Positions 23,815 to 38,241 of a stretch of DNA of 64,000 nucleotides are shown here, in pieces. Origin of the DNA: Botryllus schlosseri. Taxonomy: Eukaryota. The DNA is taken from contig CM119386.1 of assembly GCA_051294905.1 (NCBI GenBank), positions 7,750,001 to 7,814,000 on the forward strand. Reading direction: 5' to 3'. Each line of letters begins with the position of its first letter. Position 1 is the stretch's first letter. The notes beneath the pieces are model-generated. The model made no database searches. It worked only from the letters and a program-made list of their open reading frames with translations, and had not been told where the DNA came from. The position numbers and the translations under genes were made by a program.

Positions 23815-25954
23815 GTCTATAGTTACTAATTGGCTAATGGGAATGGTGGATTAATGATGCATCAATGTCCGAATCCCGGCTCGGTTTCACAAAAGCACGC
23901 GCCAACACGGTTTTAAGTCTTAACTCCATTCGGTTGTAAGATGAAAAAATCACTCCCTGATCCGAGCTAACTATCTTGACCTGGCTTGGGCTCGGGCAAA
24001 TCGAGTATCTGGGCGATTCGATTGTGAGTCTAGTTGAGAATTGGAGTACCACGAGTGATGATGACGTAGAAAGTTCAAATATGTATCTTTTTCGTGACCA
24101 CAAGAAAAATATTCTCATTTACAAGTCATTCAAGATAATTTTGTAAATCGCGATGACCATGACTGTTGCATAGCGCTTTGTGACCAAGCTCTGGCTTCAT
24201 TTGCGTGATCATTACCAACAGAAATGTCCAACATGCTTTAATCCCAACCAACCAATCGAGGTTTCAAGGCTGCCACGGTGGAAAGAAAGTACCGAAGCTA
24301 TATTTCTCGTTGATAAGATAATTCTTGTTCGCAATGACCGCATGATTTCGTTACTCGAAAAATCGACTCTCACTATTCGATTCGTTTCATTAGAATTGAT
24401 GTTCGATTCGGATTCAAGCGCTTGAATCGATGTGCCCGCGGCCCGGTTTACGGTTTACAGGCGCGTATGTTCGGTTTAGTGTTAATGGCGGCTTGATTAG
24501 GATACTATTGGCTAACGGCGCGAGTTTTTTTTAAACATATGGGCTGCGTTATTTTCATTCGTATTCATGCCACCGTTTTGACGGGTGATTGTCGGGTGTC
24601 GGTATCATCGCGGATAAGCTTGGCACGTGTGCGCTTGGAGCGAAACTTGTTGATCGCGAGCCAAAAAACCCACTGTTACGATTGCGCCAATCACGGAGAT
24701 TTTGGCGTGTCGCCGGGTCTCGTTTTGTTTCTCGAACTCGATTGAGTCGGGTTGGCGGTGGAGATTTCTCTTTCAGATTCGTATATTTGCCCGTTCCGTT
24801 CAAAGTCATATGATGACGTTGCACAGTAGAGTCACTGTAACGGAAAATATGCACTATACAGTGTGTGCTTTAGCAGCTGCATTCATTGCCCTCTTGTCGG
24901 TAACCGCTGGCCACTGGCCACTCGAGAAAATAAGGGTATTCCGCATGGCGGACTACGCTCACTCAGGACCGATGGCGTGTTGATTCAAGAAATTTTTGAC
25001 AGACTCCCGAGATGTCTTTCGGGTGTACCTCTTGAACAGCCACAGTTACTAACCAAAAGACTGACACGCATCTAACAGGATCAACTTTCGTGACTCGTTT
25101 ATAGTTTGTAGTTTGAACGACTGGCAATGCATTATGCAACTATTTCGAAGTAGACGCAATGATGCTTTGCTTACAGAGATGATCAATAACGAAGCAGAAA
25201 TTGTATTTTACGATAAGCGCGGAACTATAGCGATATTGCGAGTTGTACGTGTACTGTACATCTATTATCGCCGATAACCATCTCAACACATGCGATATCG
25301 TGAAAAGTTTCGTGTCATACAAACCATCAATCAAATCGACTAATTCGGCGGTTTCCCGATATCTCGTACGGTGTTTTGTAATGTCCTCCGTTATCGGATG
25401 ATAATTCCGACACGGTTCCGAGTTTCGATAAAGTACCGATCAAGCTTGCGCTCGTCGCCTGATGTTTGTTTTTGCGTTTTTACTTCGTAGTAGACCTGCC
25501 GCCAAGTTGGTTAGACTCTGGCTTGTATGATTACGCCGATACGGTCACTGCAATGCTTTCATGCCGAATGCCCTGCACGGGTTGTGAAGATGAATGTGAT
25601 ATAATTTACGCGATTAATGCCCTATTGCCGCGTCGCAATGCATAGCGTGGGAATAGATTTGAAGTGTTTTTTTTCGCCGAAGTAAACGGTGGCTCTGATG
25701 AGTTGCAGTGCATTGGCGAATACTTTTCCTCGCATATCTTGTGTGTTGGACTGTTGGGTATTGCGAGTTGTGACATCCGGGCCTTATCGTAGGCCCGGTT
25801 ACACCATATTAGTTCGCTACGCCGCAATTTATCTGTGTGCGACTCAACGTATAAAAATTTTAGATATATTTTCTAAATATTCTGCTTCGCAAATTTGATC
25901 TAACGACCGGGGCTTACGATGCGATATTGTCGCCCACGTAACGTCGCAAACTGA

Positions 25955-26116
25955 AATTATTATTTGATGACTTGAAATGGACTCAACTCCGATTTTAACT
26001 TGAACCACTTCGGAAAGTCCCGTGTCCTAACTTGTGACTTCACTTGGAAATGAAAATGACTTGACTTGACTCGAGTTAAAATTGTGACTCGGAGGTAGTG
26101 ACTTGACTTCCCACTC
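25955..26116. repeat. GACTTGACTT motif cluster ending CCCACTCTG, probable solitary hAT MITE end
   Basis: Multiple TGACTTG units followed by a CAGAG-type terminus; no partner end or TSD seen. Confidence 0.55.
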
Positions 26117-26304
26117 TGGTGTGATTGAGTGTCTTTATTCAGTTTCAACACGAAAAGTACTATAATATTCACAGAAGAACTATATGCGCCCTACAATCAA
26201 ACCGGCGCCGCCGTTACCTGATTTGTTGCTAGACCGACATCGACATATTCGAGATTAACAAGGAAATAATACGAGTTTGTGTAAAGGTAAATAAACTTCG
26301 TAAT

Positions 26305-26651
26305 TAGGGATGCATTTAAAACAAAAATCAATTTAAAACAAACATGTTTAAAACAAGGCCCTAATTTAAAACATGTTTTTTATTGCTGTTTATGTTTTTT
26401 TAAGCCATGACGTCACGAATATTCAATTGTGACGTCATAGTAGATTGACATTGACAATTGAAAAAATAGGGTAAAAATAGCTCCTTTGACGAAATATATG
26501 TACTATTGCTGTTGAACCGACTATTTTGAGTGTTCCACCATCCCATATCGATATACGTCGGCTACATTGGGTGGTAATTGTCTGTAGGCTCATACAACAC
26601 GTTTTGTAAACAAAGTGTTTTGAAACAACGTTTGTTTCAAATGCAACCCTA
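26305..26651. mobile_element. hAT-type MITE (family TAGGG(A/T)TGCATTT), copy 1; carries two TGACGTCA sites
   Basis: TIRs TAGGGATGCATTTAAAACAAA / TTTGTTTCAAATGCAACCCTA, perfect 8-bp TSD TTCGTAAT, homologous to 40458-40970. Confidence 0.92.
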
Positions 26652-27934
26652 TTCGTAATAGTAAATTAGCATTTGCTGAATCACGGCGATTCGCGAGATG
26701 TAAAAGACCAGTTGTGAGGGGCGCAACTAGGACTCCGGAAGTGCAGGAAAGTCGGTGACATTACTTCTCCCGCCATCAAATTTAGAGGACTTTTTAAAGT
26801 TTCATTCAGGCCACGATACCGAGACGGAGGTTCAGCTTTTGGATGCAGGTCACGTGGTTGCTTTCAGCGGGTTTCTTGCAAGGTTCTAACGCCGGCGCCA
26901 GCTGACGTGATCGCCAGAGGTCAGGAGCAAAGTTGTACGACTAGAAGCTATTCAACTTTTCCAAATCAGATTGGCATTAGAGTTGCTGAATTCGCAAAAA
27001 CAATGAGCTGAACTGGAAGGAAACACAACAAAAATCAGGTTCTGTTCATATCAAATCAGAGTTATGGAAATGACAAAAGGTTGTACACGAAACTTGCCTC
27101 GTTTTGCCTTATACAGTTCTCTTGTAGCATTTTCAGGAAAAAACAGAAATTAAACAAGAATTACAATTAGAGCATAGGGCATCTCGCTGTAATTAGACAA
27201 CTGGAACTATGACCAAGTCTTGTCAGAATATGCTGTCGCGCATTTTCAGTATTTAAAGTATTTTGCGGACTCTAGAGAGTCCGCGAATAACGGTTTTAAT
27301 CAGCCTTCCCGCGAGTCACTATTGTTTGCCCGCGCGATAGGCGCAGAAATATGAAATTTGATACGCCTCGTCTGTTTACCTATCTGGCACCGAGCAGCTG
27401 GTGCGTCAATGATGCGCGCAGCCGATACGTGACGTAGTTCGGCGACCGTGCAGTTTTTATTTGCGCCACTCGATAAATCCATCGGTTGAAAGTAGGATTT
27501 AATCCCTCGCCGCCCTGCCGTGGACGGACGAATCATAATTACGGCTCGGCAAAATCGAGCGATTCGATTTTGAGTGTCAAACTTGGAGTCGAGTCCAGTT
27601 TTTGAGCATCGCTCATAATGACGACACATACGCAGGTAAAATCGGAGTTGAAATGTGTACTCTTCATGCGACTACGTGTACCACTAGACCGAGATGGATA
27701 CTTGATTGAGAGATCGAACTATCGCCTAGCTTAAGGCGCAGTTCTAAAACTACAGAGTATGTAGTTGAACACTGAACAGTTTCACGGCCATAATCGAATA
27801 ACCGTGCTCTTACATGAAATAACTAGAAATGCTGCATCTGGACTCCTGTAACTGTAAGATATATGAAATGTAACAATATTCTCAGTCAAGCAGTTGCTGA
27901 CTGTGACTGTAGTTCTATCTACCATGTTCTGATG

Positions 27935-28165
27935 TAGCGAGATAGCGTAGTGGTATAATCCACAGTTGCAACACGAATGGGTTGCGCCGTTGCGGGTTGA
28001 GTCCGACCGATGTTGACTCCAGAATTCCTGCCTAAGTGTTGTGGAGGTTCATCCAGGCTCCTCCTCGCCATCTCATCCGTGCAAGCGGTGTCTTATGAAA
28101 AGCCTAGAAGTGGGCCGTACTACAAGTCGGCAGCTACGGAATAGAAATGAAGAAAATTGGCCTGG
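27935..28165 (+). mobile_element. tRNA-derived SINE, uninterrupted copy of the same family
   Basis: TAGCGTAGTGG (A box), GGTTGAGTCC (B box); body matches 8900-9050. Confidence 0.7.
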
Positions 28166-31100
28166 TGTAAATGACCGTAGTAGTCGACAAACACCATGAA
28201 TCCCACAAACAACAACCATGTTCTGACGTCACGAAAACTGCCGTTTTTTTGCCTCTTAACGATCGACACCGATATTTCTGGATTCGATAGTGTGGTGTGA
28301 AGGAATTGCCTAAACGACAGTTTTCCTTGGAAAAATAATTCTCGGTCGCAAGTGACGTGCTCGGGGAAAATCGACTCGCACTGCTAGGTTTGAATCGTTA
28401 AAATCGAGAGCTCGAATCGTTGTGCGCAGGCTATAATCATGATTGAATTCTTTTTATGTCATGCCGCGGAGCGCCGTGATGCGAAGGTGGCTGCGGTTGT
28501 CTTTTTCCACATTTGTTGGCGCGACGATATTGTCGCTGAATATTTCATAGGATGAGCCGGCGGCCGGCTGGCGATTGTCGATTTTCACGCGTCGGTGTTA
28601 CGCATCCGCGACGGTTTATGCGGAGGTAAAGTCTCGGCGTAGACTTATGTGCCGTCCGGCGATTAGTGCGGAGCTGATCGACGAATTCTCTGGTCCTACT
28701 CGGGTCCTGTTTTTTTAAAGCTCTGGTCCGACTCCCAGGCCGGAATCTAGAAATGACCGTGATTCGGTCCGAAAAACTCTCGGTAATAATCATCAACTCA
28801 CAGGACGGTATTGAATATTGATTGAAACAATGCAAACAGGAAATTATAAACTCACAGATCAAGCCCAACCCTTATCTGAAGTAATTTGCCAACTTGGACT
28901 TAGCATGTGGTTTATTTCCATGAACGTTGTTTCACTTAAACTATTGATTCGATGGTGGATGAGGGCAAGGCTCCGAACCGGCTCCGGCCAAAAATGAGAA
29001 AATCCAGCCGGATATCCAATCCGGCTCCGGTCCATGCCCCGCTCTACTGGCGACGCGACGCTAAGAGGTGTTCAAAGTATTCTGCGTTGCTATTCAAGCT
29101 ATTGTAGTATTAAGTTAGGGTTACCATACGTCCTAGCGATTTAAAGTGAAAAATAAGTATTTCAGACCCAAATTTGCTAAAAAAAAACTGATGACTGTTT
29201 AGTAGAAGTAGTTTGAAATCATAGCTGCACTTCGTAACTGACCAGTGACCACCTCTGTACCTTGAATTAATGTTGCTGTCTTTCCTTCTGGATTTGCCAG
29301 CGCGCACCAGCTACGTCGCTAGTGGGCGACACGGAATCGATTCAATCCTTGATTAAAAAATAGACTGAGCGGCTAACTTCTCTCGCAGCAATGCAAGACA
29401 CCCAGTACTCATCCGTTGCGATTATATTGAGGGCTAATCCCCGTGTTTAGATTCGCTTTCTCTAACTTTTGGTTTTAATTATGTACGTAATTGCGATATG
29501 AGGCACGATTACGCTTGTCGTAGGCTACTTAGCGAGTGGTGTTACACAACGCTGTCCACTTCAGACCACTCAAATGGATTGTATAATGCGTGTTCCGGGG
29601 CTTACAGTGTTTATTGTCCGTTTTGTCAGTGAATTTCGAGTGCGTCGTCCGCTCGTGAACTTTGATTCTAAAGGGGTGCTCGATTGAAAAACGGTCTTTC
29701 CTAGTAGGTATCTCTGGCGATAAGGCGACTGTGGTTTCCGTAGATGCGGGGTGATTTGTTTTGGCGTAAATTTCAAATTCTCGCCCGACGCTGTTAGCCA
29801 AGCCGGTCGCCGGTCAATCAACAAGCATTATGGGCTGACGTTTTCTCCGCAACTGTAGCAGAGAACCATCCATAGCCGCGTGAGGTGTAATTTTGCATAC
29901 CCGGACAGTATAAACCTTGCTCTTTTCGTCGATCGGCTCGTGTTCTTATTTATCGTATCACAGAATTTTAAATTCCTTCAAAAACGACTTTCGACCTTTT
30001 GATGGCATAAATGCGAGTTCGGCGTAACGGAAGCTCATTGAGGCTCCCCTAAATTGCTTGGAAGTGTGTCTCGTTAAGATCGTGGCGCAATTCGCCTTGA
30101 CCAGGCGGCTACCGTCTCTGATGAGAGAATCGTCAGTATTTATAATTCAGAGTTGTTTCAATCTAGTGCTGAATGATATTCCGCCCGTAATCTGCACGGT
30201 ATTACCCCTTTTTGCTTGAAATGTATCTGCGCTTATTCAATTCACCTGCTCTCGCCAATAAACCAGTCGCCAACGCAGATAATGTTTCGTGTTTGATGCA
30301 TATTCGGCCCCCTTCAAAAATACCGCATCCGAAACTGCGATGCTAGAACATGGAATTATTATTAATGACTAGGGCCGGGCACTCACTATGACGTCATACC
30401 AGTAAACCAGACTTGACTTGTTAGAATGTGTGCCTTTTATGCGACCATAATGTAAATAATGCCAGTTACATACACTTCGTGATTAATTGAATCCAATAGA
30501 TGAAATACGTCATAGCAATATGTAACATTACGACAGGTCGATCACTATTACACTATGCGGGTATGTCGTTTCTATGAAGGCGGGTAGGCTTGTCATACAT
30601 GTCTAGAACGATATGCTACCTCGTATCGATGTTCTAAGGTTATCGCAATGGATAAAATTTTCACAACTGGACTCGAATCCTGAATGCGGCGTTGTGAATT
30701 TCCGGACAGAATTTTCCGTGTGATTGTGATTATCATATTTTTATTATCGGCCCCGCCTGCTCACCGAGTCGCATTTGATAACGATCTATACTAAAATAAT
30801 GCCATCAGCGCTTGTGGTCGCACCGTCCTGGCAAACGCCGGCGACCTATAATAATTTATGTAACAAGTCAGCACCGCTAGTAGGTATTTCTTTGATTGTG
30901 AGTCACGAAAGTTGTACTATCAACCGTTTTGCTTCGCGATTTATGATTCCCATAAAAGTATAGAATATCGCCGTCGAGTGTCACAACCCGGTGCCGTAAA
31001 ATAGTTCTTTAATTGCCGCCAGTAACAATCCCCGAATGGTAACGCGCAGCGGCGTGATTCATATGCGCGCTCTGGCGTTATGAGACGCATCTAGCTGCTG

Positions 31101-31331
31101 CACGGGCCAATGCCGCTAACTGTTTAGGTTCGTGTCCTACGTTAAAAACGCGTAGGCCGTTTCCCGTTATATCATCATCAAGTCGGCTATCGAAGAAATT
31201 CGACCGTTCGCGACGCAGCGCGCTAGTTGCCACGGATAGCCGCTGGAAGCTAGCTGAGATTGTACGGACTATACAGAAAGTTTGCTGCGACCTGCGAGAA
31301 TAGGCACTAGGCACTTTAGGCAGTCATTGTA

Positions 31332-31467
31332 ATGGCGACCGCCGTTACCTCTCCTGACAAGCACGCCGGTGTTAGGAGATCTCTAGGCGCAAGAGCCATT
31401 GGGCGCATCAGAAAGTCGTTTTCTGTGGCCGATTTCAGCAGCTTGGAAACATACCGGTACGATCGTG
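31332..31467 (+). CDS. Candidate alternative first coding exon (phase 1): MATAVTSPDKHAGVRRSLGARAIGRIRKSFSVADFSSLETYRYDR
   Basis: ATG in gtaATGg context, open for 45 codons to a strong donor G|gtaagc. Splicing to 38242 gives ...YDR-DV..., like SynGAP ...PFR-DV... Confidence 0.65.
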
Positions 31468-33785
31468 GTAAGCAGATTTTCCACGATCTATTACTTTGAG
31501 TTACATTACGAAATCGTGATTTTGATTGCTAATCCGTAAACCTGCTTAGAATACAGTCTCCACTCTGTGACTTGTGTATTTTATGGTGAATTCCTACGAT
31601 GTAGTAGTAAGTTGTGGCCTCCGTAAAACGAGGTAAGTTTCCTGTAATCCGTTGCAGGCAGCTGGTTGCATTTGGAAGCGCTTCTAACAATGGTATACTC
31701 CAAGGTTTATTGCGTAATAAGGTGCTTGGTAAAGCGGAAGCGGCATACGCAGTTTGACACTCTTTCAAATTACTTTGAATAGTCGCTGAAATGTGTACCG
31801 TACGTGATGTAGTGCGGTGCCGTTCTTTCAAACTTGAATTTGTCATGGCCGATGTGGCATGGTATGACTTAATGCGTGCGAGTGTATTACTGTGCGCCTT
31901 GTACGGTGATGCCAATTGGAGCACTCTGTCGAAATCTCGGTTTGCTGCTTCAATAATTCATTCCCAGCCGTTGCCCGTGTGGTATGGCGAGATTTTATGC
32001 GTGTTTTTATAACCGTGCGTATCGTTTCACCGTGATAATGCCAATAATTTCAGTTGTTTGCTTTCGCGCCCTATCCGCGTGCAATCGACTCTAGCGGCAC
32101 AATCTTCGGTCTTTATCGCTATTCTTTTTCATGAAATCCGAGTTGTTTGCAGTCGGTACTATGTTTTAGCCAGGTATTTAACTAGAGTAGGTATGACCAA
32201 GCCGGCTGAAATAGCGTCTAGCGCGCGACTGCAATTCAGCATTATGACTACCTGTCCTGTGCGCGTAGGCACAATGCACTCACTGACGGTTTAGGTATAT
32301 TTCTCATTGAAAGAGGTATGATTGCTTGCCGAGTCATTGAGTTTTGTAACTCATATTTGATGCTCGTTTCAATGATGTTGTGTGGGCTCCTTTTGCTGTG
32401 CTATGTGGAATGATTGAGGCCTTGATAATTATAATAATCTGAGATGATTGTTCCGAGGCCTCCATTGTGTATTTACTTATCTCAAAGCTTCGTCATTATA
32501 TCCCTTCATTGATGCGGTTTTGCTACTGCACGCCGCGTGCCGCTTTGAAGTTGTGATAAGCGTCACTTCCGACAATAGTTGTACAAATATCATTATGCGC
32601 CGTGAAATGATACCCAGCGATGCGGTTACCAACGCAAAAATCGATTGAATCGAGAAAAGTCGATATCCCGTCGGCCCTGTAAGGCCTGTTTACACCGATT
32701 TAGTAGCACTTGTCCCGTAATATCGTCACTCGTGTCGTGACTGTGATTTTGGCGAATTCTGACCCACGTGTATCATAACCTGCATAAAAGAAGCTTGGAA
32801 TCGACCCGTACATTGAAAACACTCTGAAACCAACGACTTAGCGGTTTACGGGCGATATTAATGATATTTGCGTGTTGACATCTGTCGCGATTGCCACACT
32901 GCATTGCCTCATCTCGAATGGGTTGGTTTCATAGCTATAGGCAGCGGGCTGATAGCCGACCACGCATTGCATCGGCTTTCGGCTATGAGCCATCATGCAT
33001 TGTGTCCCACTGTCCAGCATTGTTCGACCTACCTACCGATCGAAAGAATTTGAGACTATATTGTCACGCTTAATGCGACGTTGGATAATTGTAAGCCAAC
33101 GAGGCAATAATGATGACATGGCTAATTTTCTCATTAAGAAAAAAGTCATGATCCGATTGGGCGACTTAGTCGCGTTTATCCTCACAAATACTCAGACATG
33201 GTACACGATCAGTGTAAACATTGGAAATGGTTCGTTCTCGTGTGGCGTTCGCCTGTCCGAAACGTGGCTGGTGATATGTTTCAACATTCGTAGTCAAATA
33301 AATGTCAGATACTATGAACTTTTCTCATACCTGCTGCAGAGATGAGTCATTAACACGAAAATACTGATATTTGATCATTTTGCTTGGTTGAATCATCTCT
33401 ACTTCCTTGGGTGTCTTTGTTTTCATTTTGTTGCGCTCTATTGTTCAAAGTCTTACGATCCAGGCGCTTGGGTGTTTCGTGCGGAGGCAGGGGTTGAAAA
33501 GCGACTTTGGTCGCGTGGAATTGATCCTTGTATTGTCGCGGTAATAATTATTTGGCCATTTGGCATGCGTCACGCCTTAATCGACTATTGGGTGGAAGAA
33601 GAACAAGTCTTGGTTTTATTTTTTGCGTTTCGAAATTTTCAACGGTATCGTTTGCTCTTCCGGGAAGGAATTGAAGACGCTATTGAATGATTTCGAAATC
33701 TTCTGCATTTCCTTGTATTTGGGATACTTTTGGTGTGCTTTGTTAAGCATACTGGGACCTTAGAGTGTTTTTACTTCCTCTGAAG

Positions 33786-34643
33786 CAGTGGTTTTCAAGC
33801 GACCGGCCATGACGCATTGTTAGTGGGCCATAGAGCTTGCGTGGTATTATACCGTGATATCAGAAATCATGTTATTACGAATATATAAGGAATTCCACAG
33901 GTAAATAACAAACAAGCGACCTAATGCAACAAACTCGGCCTATTGTTGCGTTTACGCCATCATTTTTTGTTTACAATGGTATCTGCCATGGTTCTGTCGC
34001 ATTCGTTGGAAATCTTAACAATTGGCAAGATAATGCTGCAAATGGATTGCTAACTTCGACATGTTTCACAGTTCCGCATGTCTGTCTGATATGGACGATG
34101 ATATTAGAGATGAAATGGCTCCTTGGTACTGTATAAACTGATTTCAAATCCTACTGTCCAAAAATTAGCAGGTATCCTTTCACACTGATTAGGATTCCTT
34201 TTCCAGTTGCTGTTGAGTAAGTTGATGACGTATTGCGAGATGAACTAATTGACCTTAGAAATATTCAGGTTATCGCGACCCGGGATGTCTAGCTTTGAAT
34301 TCACGATCCAAGTCTCCTCAACATATCCCCAAATTAGCAGAAACTATACGGCCATTTTCCACAACAGGGTTGTGTGAGTCAACATTTCAATCCCTGATAA
34401 ATATCAAGCCCAAACCTCACAAGTTGCCGCAACAGATTTGGTGTTGCAGCTGCGAGACGCTGCTCACTCTCATCGACTACATCCAGAATACCAAGTCTTG
34501 CAAACTATTCATCAAATTTGAGCGAACTTTCATTTTATTAATTTATTGTGTTGTTGAAACTTTGTTTTTCATTGAACGTTGATGGGGCAACGCCAATTTT
34601 ACTAATTTAGTGGGCCCTGCGCTAGAAAGGTTATGAACCCATT
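33786..34643 (+). mobile_element. Decayed Charlie/Buster-group hAT element
   Basis: Left end CAGTGGTTTTCAA, degenerate right end; 34190-34500 gives LIRIPF...DELIDLRN and PKLAE...PFSTTGLCESTFQSLINIK, a hAT C-terminal domain. No TSD is recognisable. Confidence 0.75.
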
Positions 34644-36092
34644 TATAAAGTATGGTTGCCGAATCGGCATTCGGTATTATTATAATATTATGTTATGGCA
34701 CAATAGAACGAGCTATTTAGCCTCTTTGTCTTCATTCGTATTTTAGGCATCAACTCCTGTCTAGCTTCTGTTGTACATAAGAAAAACGCATGTCATTCTG
34801 GGTCTGTCTGGAAAATGATTAAAATGAAAAAATGTGACGAAATGAGCGATGTCGGTTGTGCATTGCCAAGATGTTTGACACCATGATCGCATTCGGCGCG
34901 TTTCAAACTACAAATTCGGACCCGGATTATCTCCGACAAGAATATCCAAACCAAGTAGGCCTACTTTGCATTCTGCGCTCGGGGAGTTACGTGCTCTCTT
35001 CTTGTACGGTGTACGTACATTCAGGCCGATCTTTGTCGTCATTGTTGCTCCCACTGTTTATTATCCTCTCTGAACAATAAGCTACTGTAGTCAACACACG
35101 GTATTCTGGGTTTTCTTGAGAGACCAAGGCAATGTCATGACGCTAGATGCACTCAGTTGTTATCTTTACGCAAGCGCGCGCATGTTTACTATTTTCTGCG
35201 TTGTTTTGGTGCGATGTCGTGACTAGAGTGCTGTAGTTGGTTGTGCAATTGTGCGTATTATAGCAAGCCATTGCGCTGGCGAGTCACGTGCCAAGACAGT
35301 CGTGAGCGTTGGCGCACAAAATGTCAATTTCATGAAGTAGCGAAGTAGCATCTTAATAACACTTGTAATTCATTGGCGTGACATTACCATGCAGTATAGC
35401 AGCCAACACGGACTGCTGACTATGTGGTGCAGCAATATCTAGTTCTGGATATCCATGATGTAGTGTATGGTATGGCCGTACGATATCGAAAAAGGCCTGT
35501 AAACCTGGTTACTTGAAAGCTGTAATTTGGCGAGAGTATTAATCTTCCCCGGGAGTATGATAACTTTGGATCAGCTGGAAGAGAAAGGGAATCTATTATC
35601 ATGTCAAAATTCAAACAATAAATTCTAATATAACTGAAGCAAAAGCATTGTTTGAAATTGTGATATAAAGTGAACATTGTGTTGTGTTCACTTCGGGATT
35701 GTTAACAAACATGGCGGGGGCTCTCTGGTGTGGAAAATCGACCGTTGGTAGGCTGAGGTGCTCGCCCAATTATTATCAACCCGATAAAGTCGCGATGTCA
35801 AGGACTTTGTTACGTGATATTGGAATCCACTGGGTGTATTTGCGATTGAAAAACCGTGATTCTGCATCAGATTGGTACAAAATATTGGATTCTCGAAATG
35901 CGCAACCGGAACTAGACCTTTTCAAAACTAGCTTCTACAACTAGAACAATGGGCATGTAAACATCCGCAGCTAACAGCTAAAACACAACGAAGTAGATTC
36001 AGCTCGGAATCAACTTTAAATTTTTATTTTATCGGAATCGGATCGACTTTCCGTATTAACATCGTTACAAGTTTGAAATGGAAGGGCTTGTT

Positions 36093-36114
36093 CCCCCCCC
36101 CTCCCCCCCCCCCC
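36093..36114. repeat. C9-T-C12 homopolymer tract
   Basis: Directly visible. Confidence 0.9.
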
Positions 36115-38241
36115 ACTGTTAGCAGTGATGATTCCGAGCAAGCAATGACAGCAAGAACATCGCACTCGAACACCGGTATTGCGATTCACGCCAAAAAGCG
36201 ACACGTGTTTTCTAGTTGTTTGGCATGCAATTTTGTAATTTTAATGGGCAGCTAGAACTACTATATTTTCAAAATCTGCAACTCGAACTACAACTGCTCA
36301 AAAAGCAATAGTTAATTGACCGCCAACAAACTAAATTGCTAGTTTGTACGAGTCTGCTCCGCATCATTCGATTTGCACCAGTATAATATATATCAAATTC
36401 GACGCAGTCGGGACATACATACATTCATCCATCGACACATACTGGCAAATCACAATTGTAAAGTACCAGCATAGGATTTCCACATGTATACTGCGTACAG
36501 TACTTGGGCAGCGCGACTGTTTGAAAAAGAATGCTTAGTGCTATTCACCTAGCGTCCCTAGCTAGCCATACAATGTAAACGGGCCCTACCGGCACGAAAT
36601 TAACGTTTGAGTTTGCACTGTGCAGTGTGCACGTTGCAGAGTACATCGCTATTGTTTACAGGTTTGCGATGACATTAGCTGTAATCGATTCTGTTCGATA
36701 ATACCGGTCGAATCAAAGATGGTTTTGCGGCTCGCGTATCTTCGCGCTCGCGAGATGGCGTATCCGTGTCTTAGTTATCGCGCTTCGGCGGTCAGCGTGC
36801 AGCGATTTTTGTGTTCTGAACCCGATTTGAATCTATTGCGTGTCATTTTGTTCCGTTTGCCGCGACCTTGCAATCATGCCAATCAATTGGTAGAATCCTA
36901 ATCGACGCAAATGTTATCTGTGCGTTGTTTGCTTGCTTAACTCGCATCGGTTTGTTAATCAATATCGATTTAGTCAACGTCAGACATCTGTGAGGTGTTC
37001 AAACTGGCGAAATGGTGCTAAATGAGCCGTCGCCGCGGATTACATTGTTATAGATTTTCCGTAAATTGAGCCTGGCTTGAGTAGCGAACGGACGGCAGAC
37101 GCCCTGTCGGACTTACGGATGACTGTGACGTCACATTGAAGCGTTGGCGTGCGGTCGTTTTCGACGATTACGTGTTGCCATCATGAATTCGGGACATTGT
37201 GACGTCACGTTTTCTACCCTCTTTTCCACCCTCTCTTCCCTTTGACTGTAGCGTGAAACGGTATCTGTAATTAACTAGTTACGGTTGCGTTTGACCAGGG
37301 TATGAACAATGAACATGTGATGTTTTTGTAGTCCCCAGAATCGAACGACGTCTCTTTCGGCGCGAGTGCCGCGAATTTTTTGTATTGCAATTTCCTGAAG
37401 AGGGGTTTGTCGTTTCGATTCTGACTCCCGCGGGACGGCGGAAATGACGAATAGGCCCATGCTTCGGCGTGCGGCATTTGTCATATTCAAATACGTGTCC
37501 GAGTCACCCCGTCCCGCTTTTTCTGCAAAAGTCTGCGTGTTGATTTGGATCGAATCATGGAGGGCAGAGGACTATTTGCATATCTTATAATCCCGTATAG
37601 TACTGGTCTGGGCTATCCGTTCCACTTTGGTGTTTACTACGGCTCATTGCGCAGGCTGCGAGTTATTTCATCGACTGGAAATGTTGTTTCAATGCTTTCC
37701 TTTCGCCGTGGCAACTTACCAGTATACAAAAAACCCTGGGGCACATTGACGGAGGGGCATTTCTGTCAAATAGTTTGATAACCCGGGGCGTTGTGATAAA
37801 GGCCATATATAAACAATATCGTGAAAAATACCAAATTTTCTACATTGTAGCGGTCTGGCATCATTTTATTTGTGGTCTCATAAAAGTTTCATATTTCAAA
37901 ATATGAGGAATCCGTACCGCGATTTGCCCAGCGCTAGTGTTGTTTAGTGACGAAATACATTTCCGTGGGTAAGACTGACATACGTATGGTATGCTTGTCT
38001 TAGGGCGAGATATTGTTTTGTGAGATTCGGACGTAAAAACGGCATCTTTTGTATAGTCTCACAGTTTTCAGTGGCGGACATTCGGTTTCAATTCCTGTGT
38101 ATTTCAGCTCTTATTCGTACGCTATTCTGTCTTGTAGCCGATCGGGATTGCAGGATTTTTGTTCGTACAGCGCGTTGCGTTTGTTGAGCTATCGCATATC
38201 CTATCCGTCCTGCATTTTCAACGAGATACTTTACTTTTCAG

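Noticed and set aside
27265-27284. Palindrome GCGGACTCT-AG-AGAGTCCGC as a Helitron/Helentron 3' hairpin or terminator
   Set aside because: No CTRR end, matching 5' end or second copy seen; intrinsic terminators are irrelevant in this context.
27935-28020. tRNA gene (also at 8325-8910 and 15450-15520)
   Set aside because: A/B boxes are present but no cloverleaf or anticodon arm can be built, and each continues into a SINE body.
35468-35480. 13-nt match to the 5S rRNA 5' end on the minus strand (TACGGCCATACCA)
   Set aside because: Similarity stops immediately; no internal control region or terminator follows.
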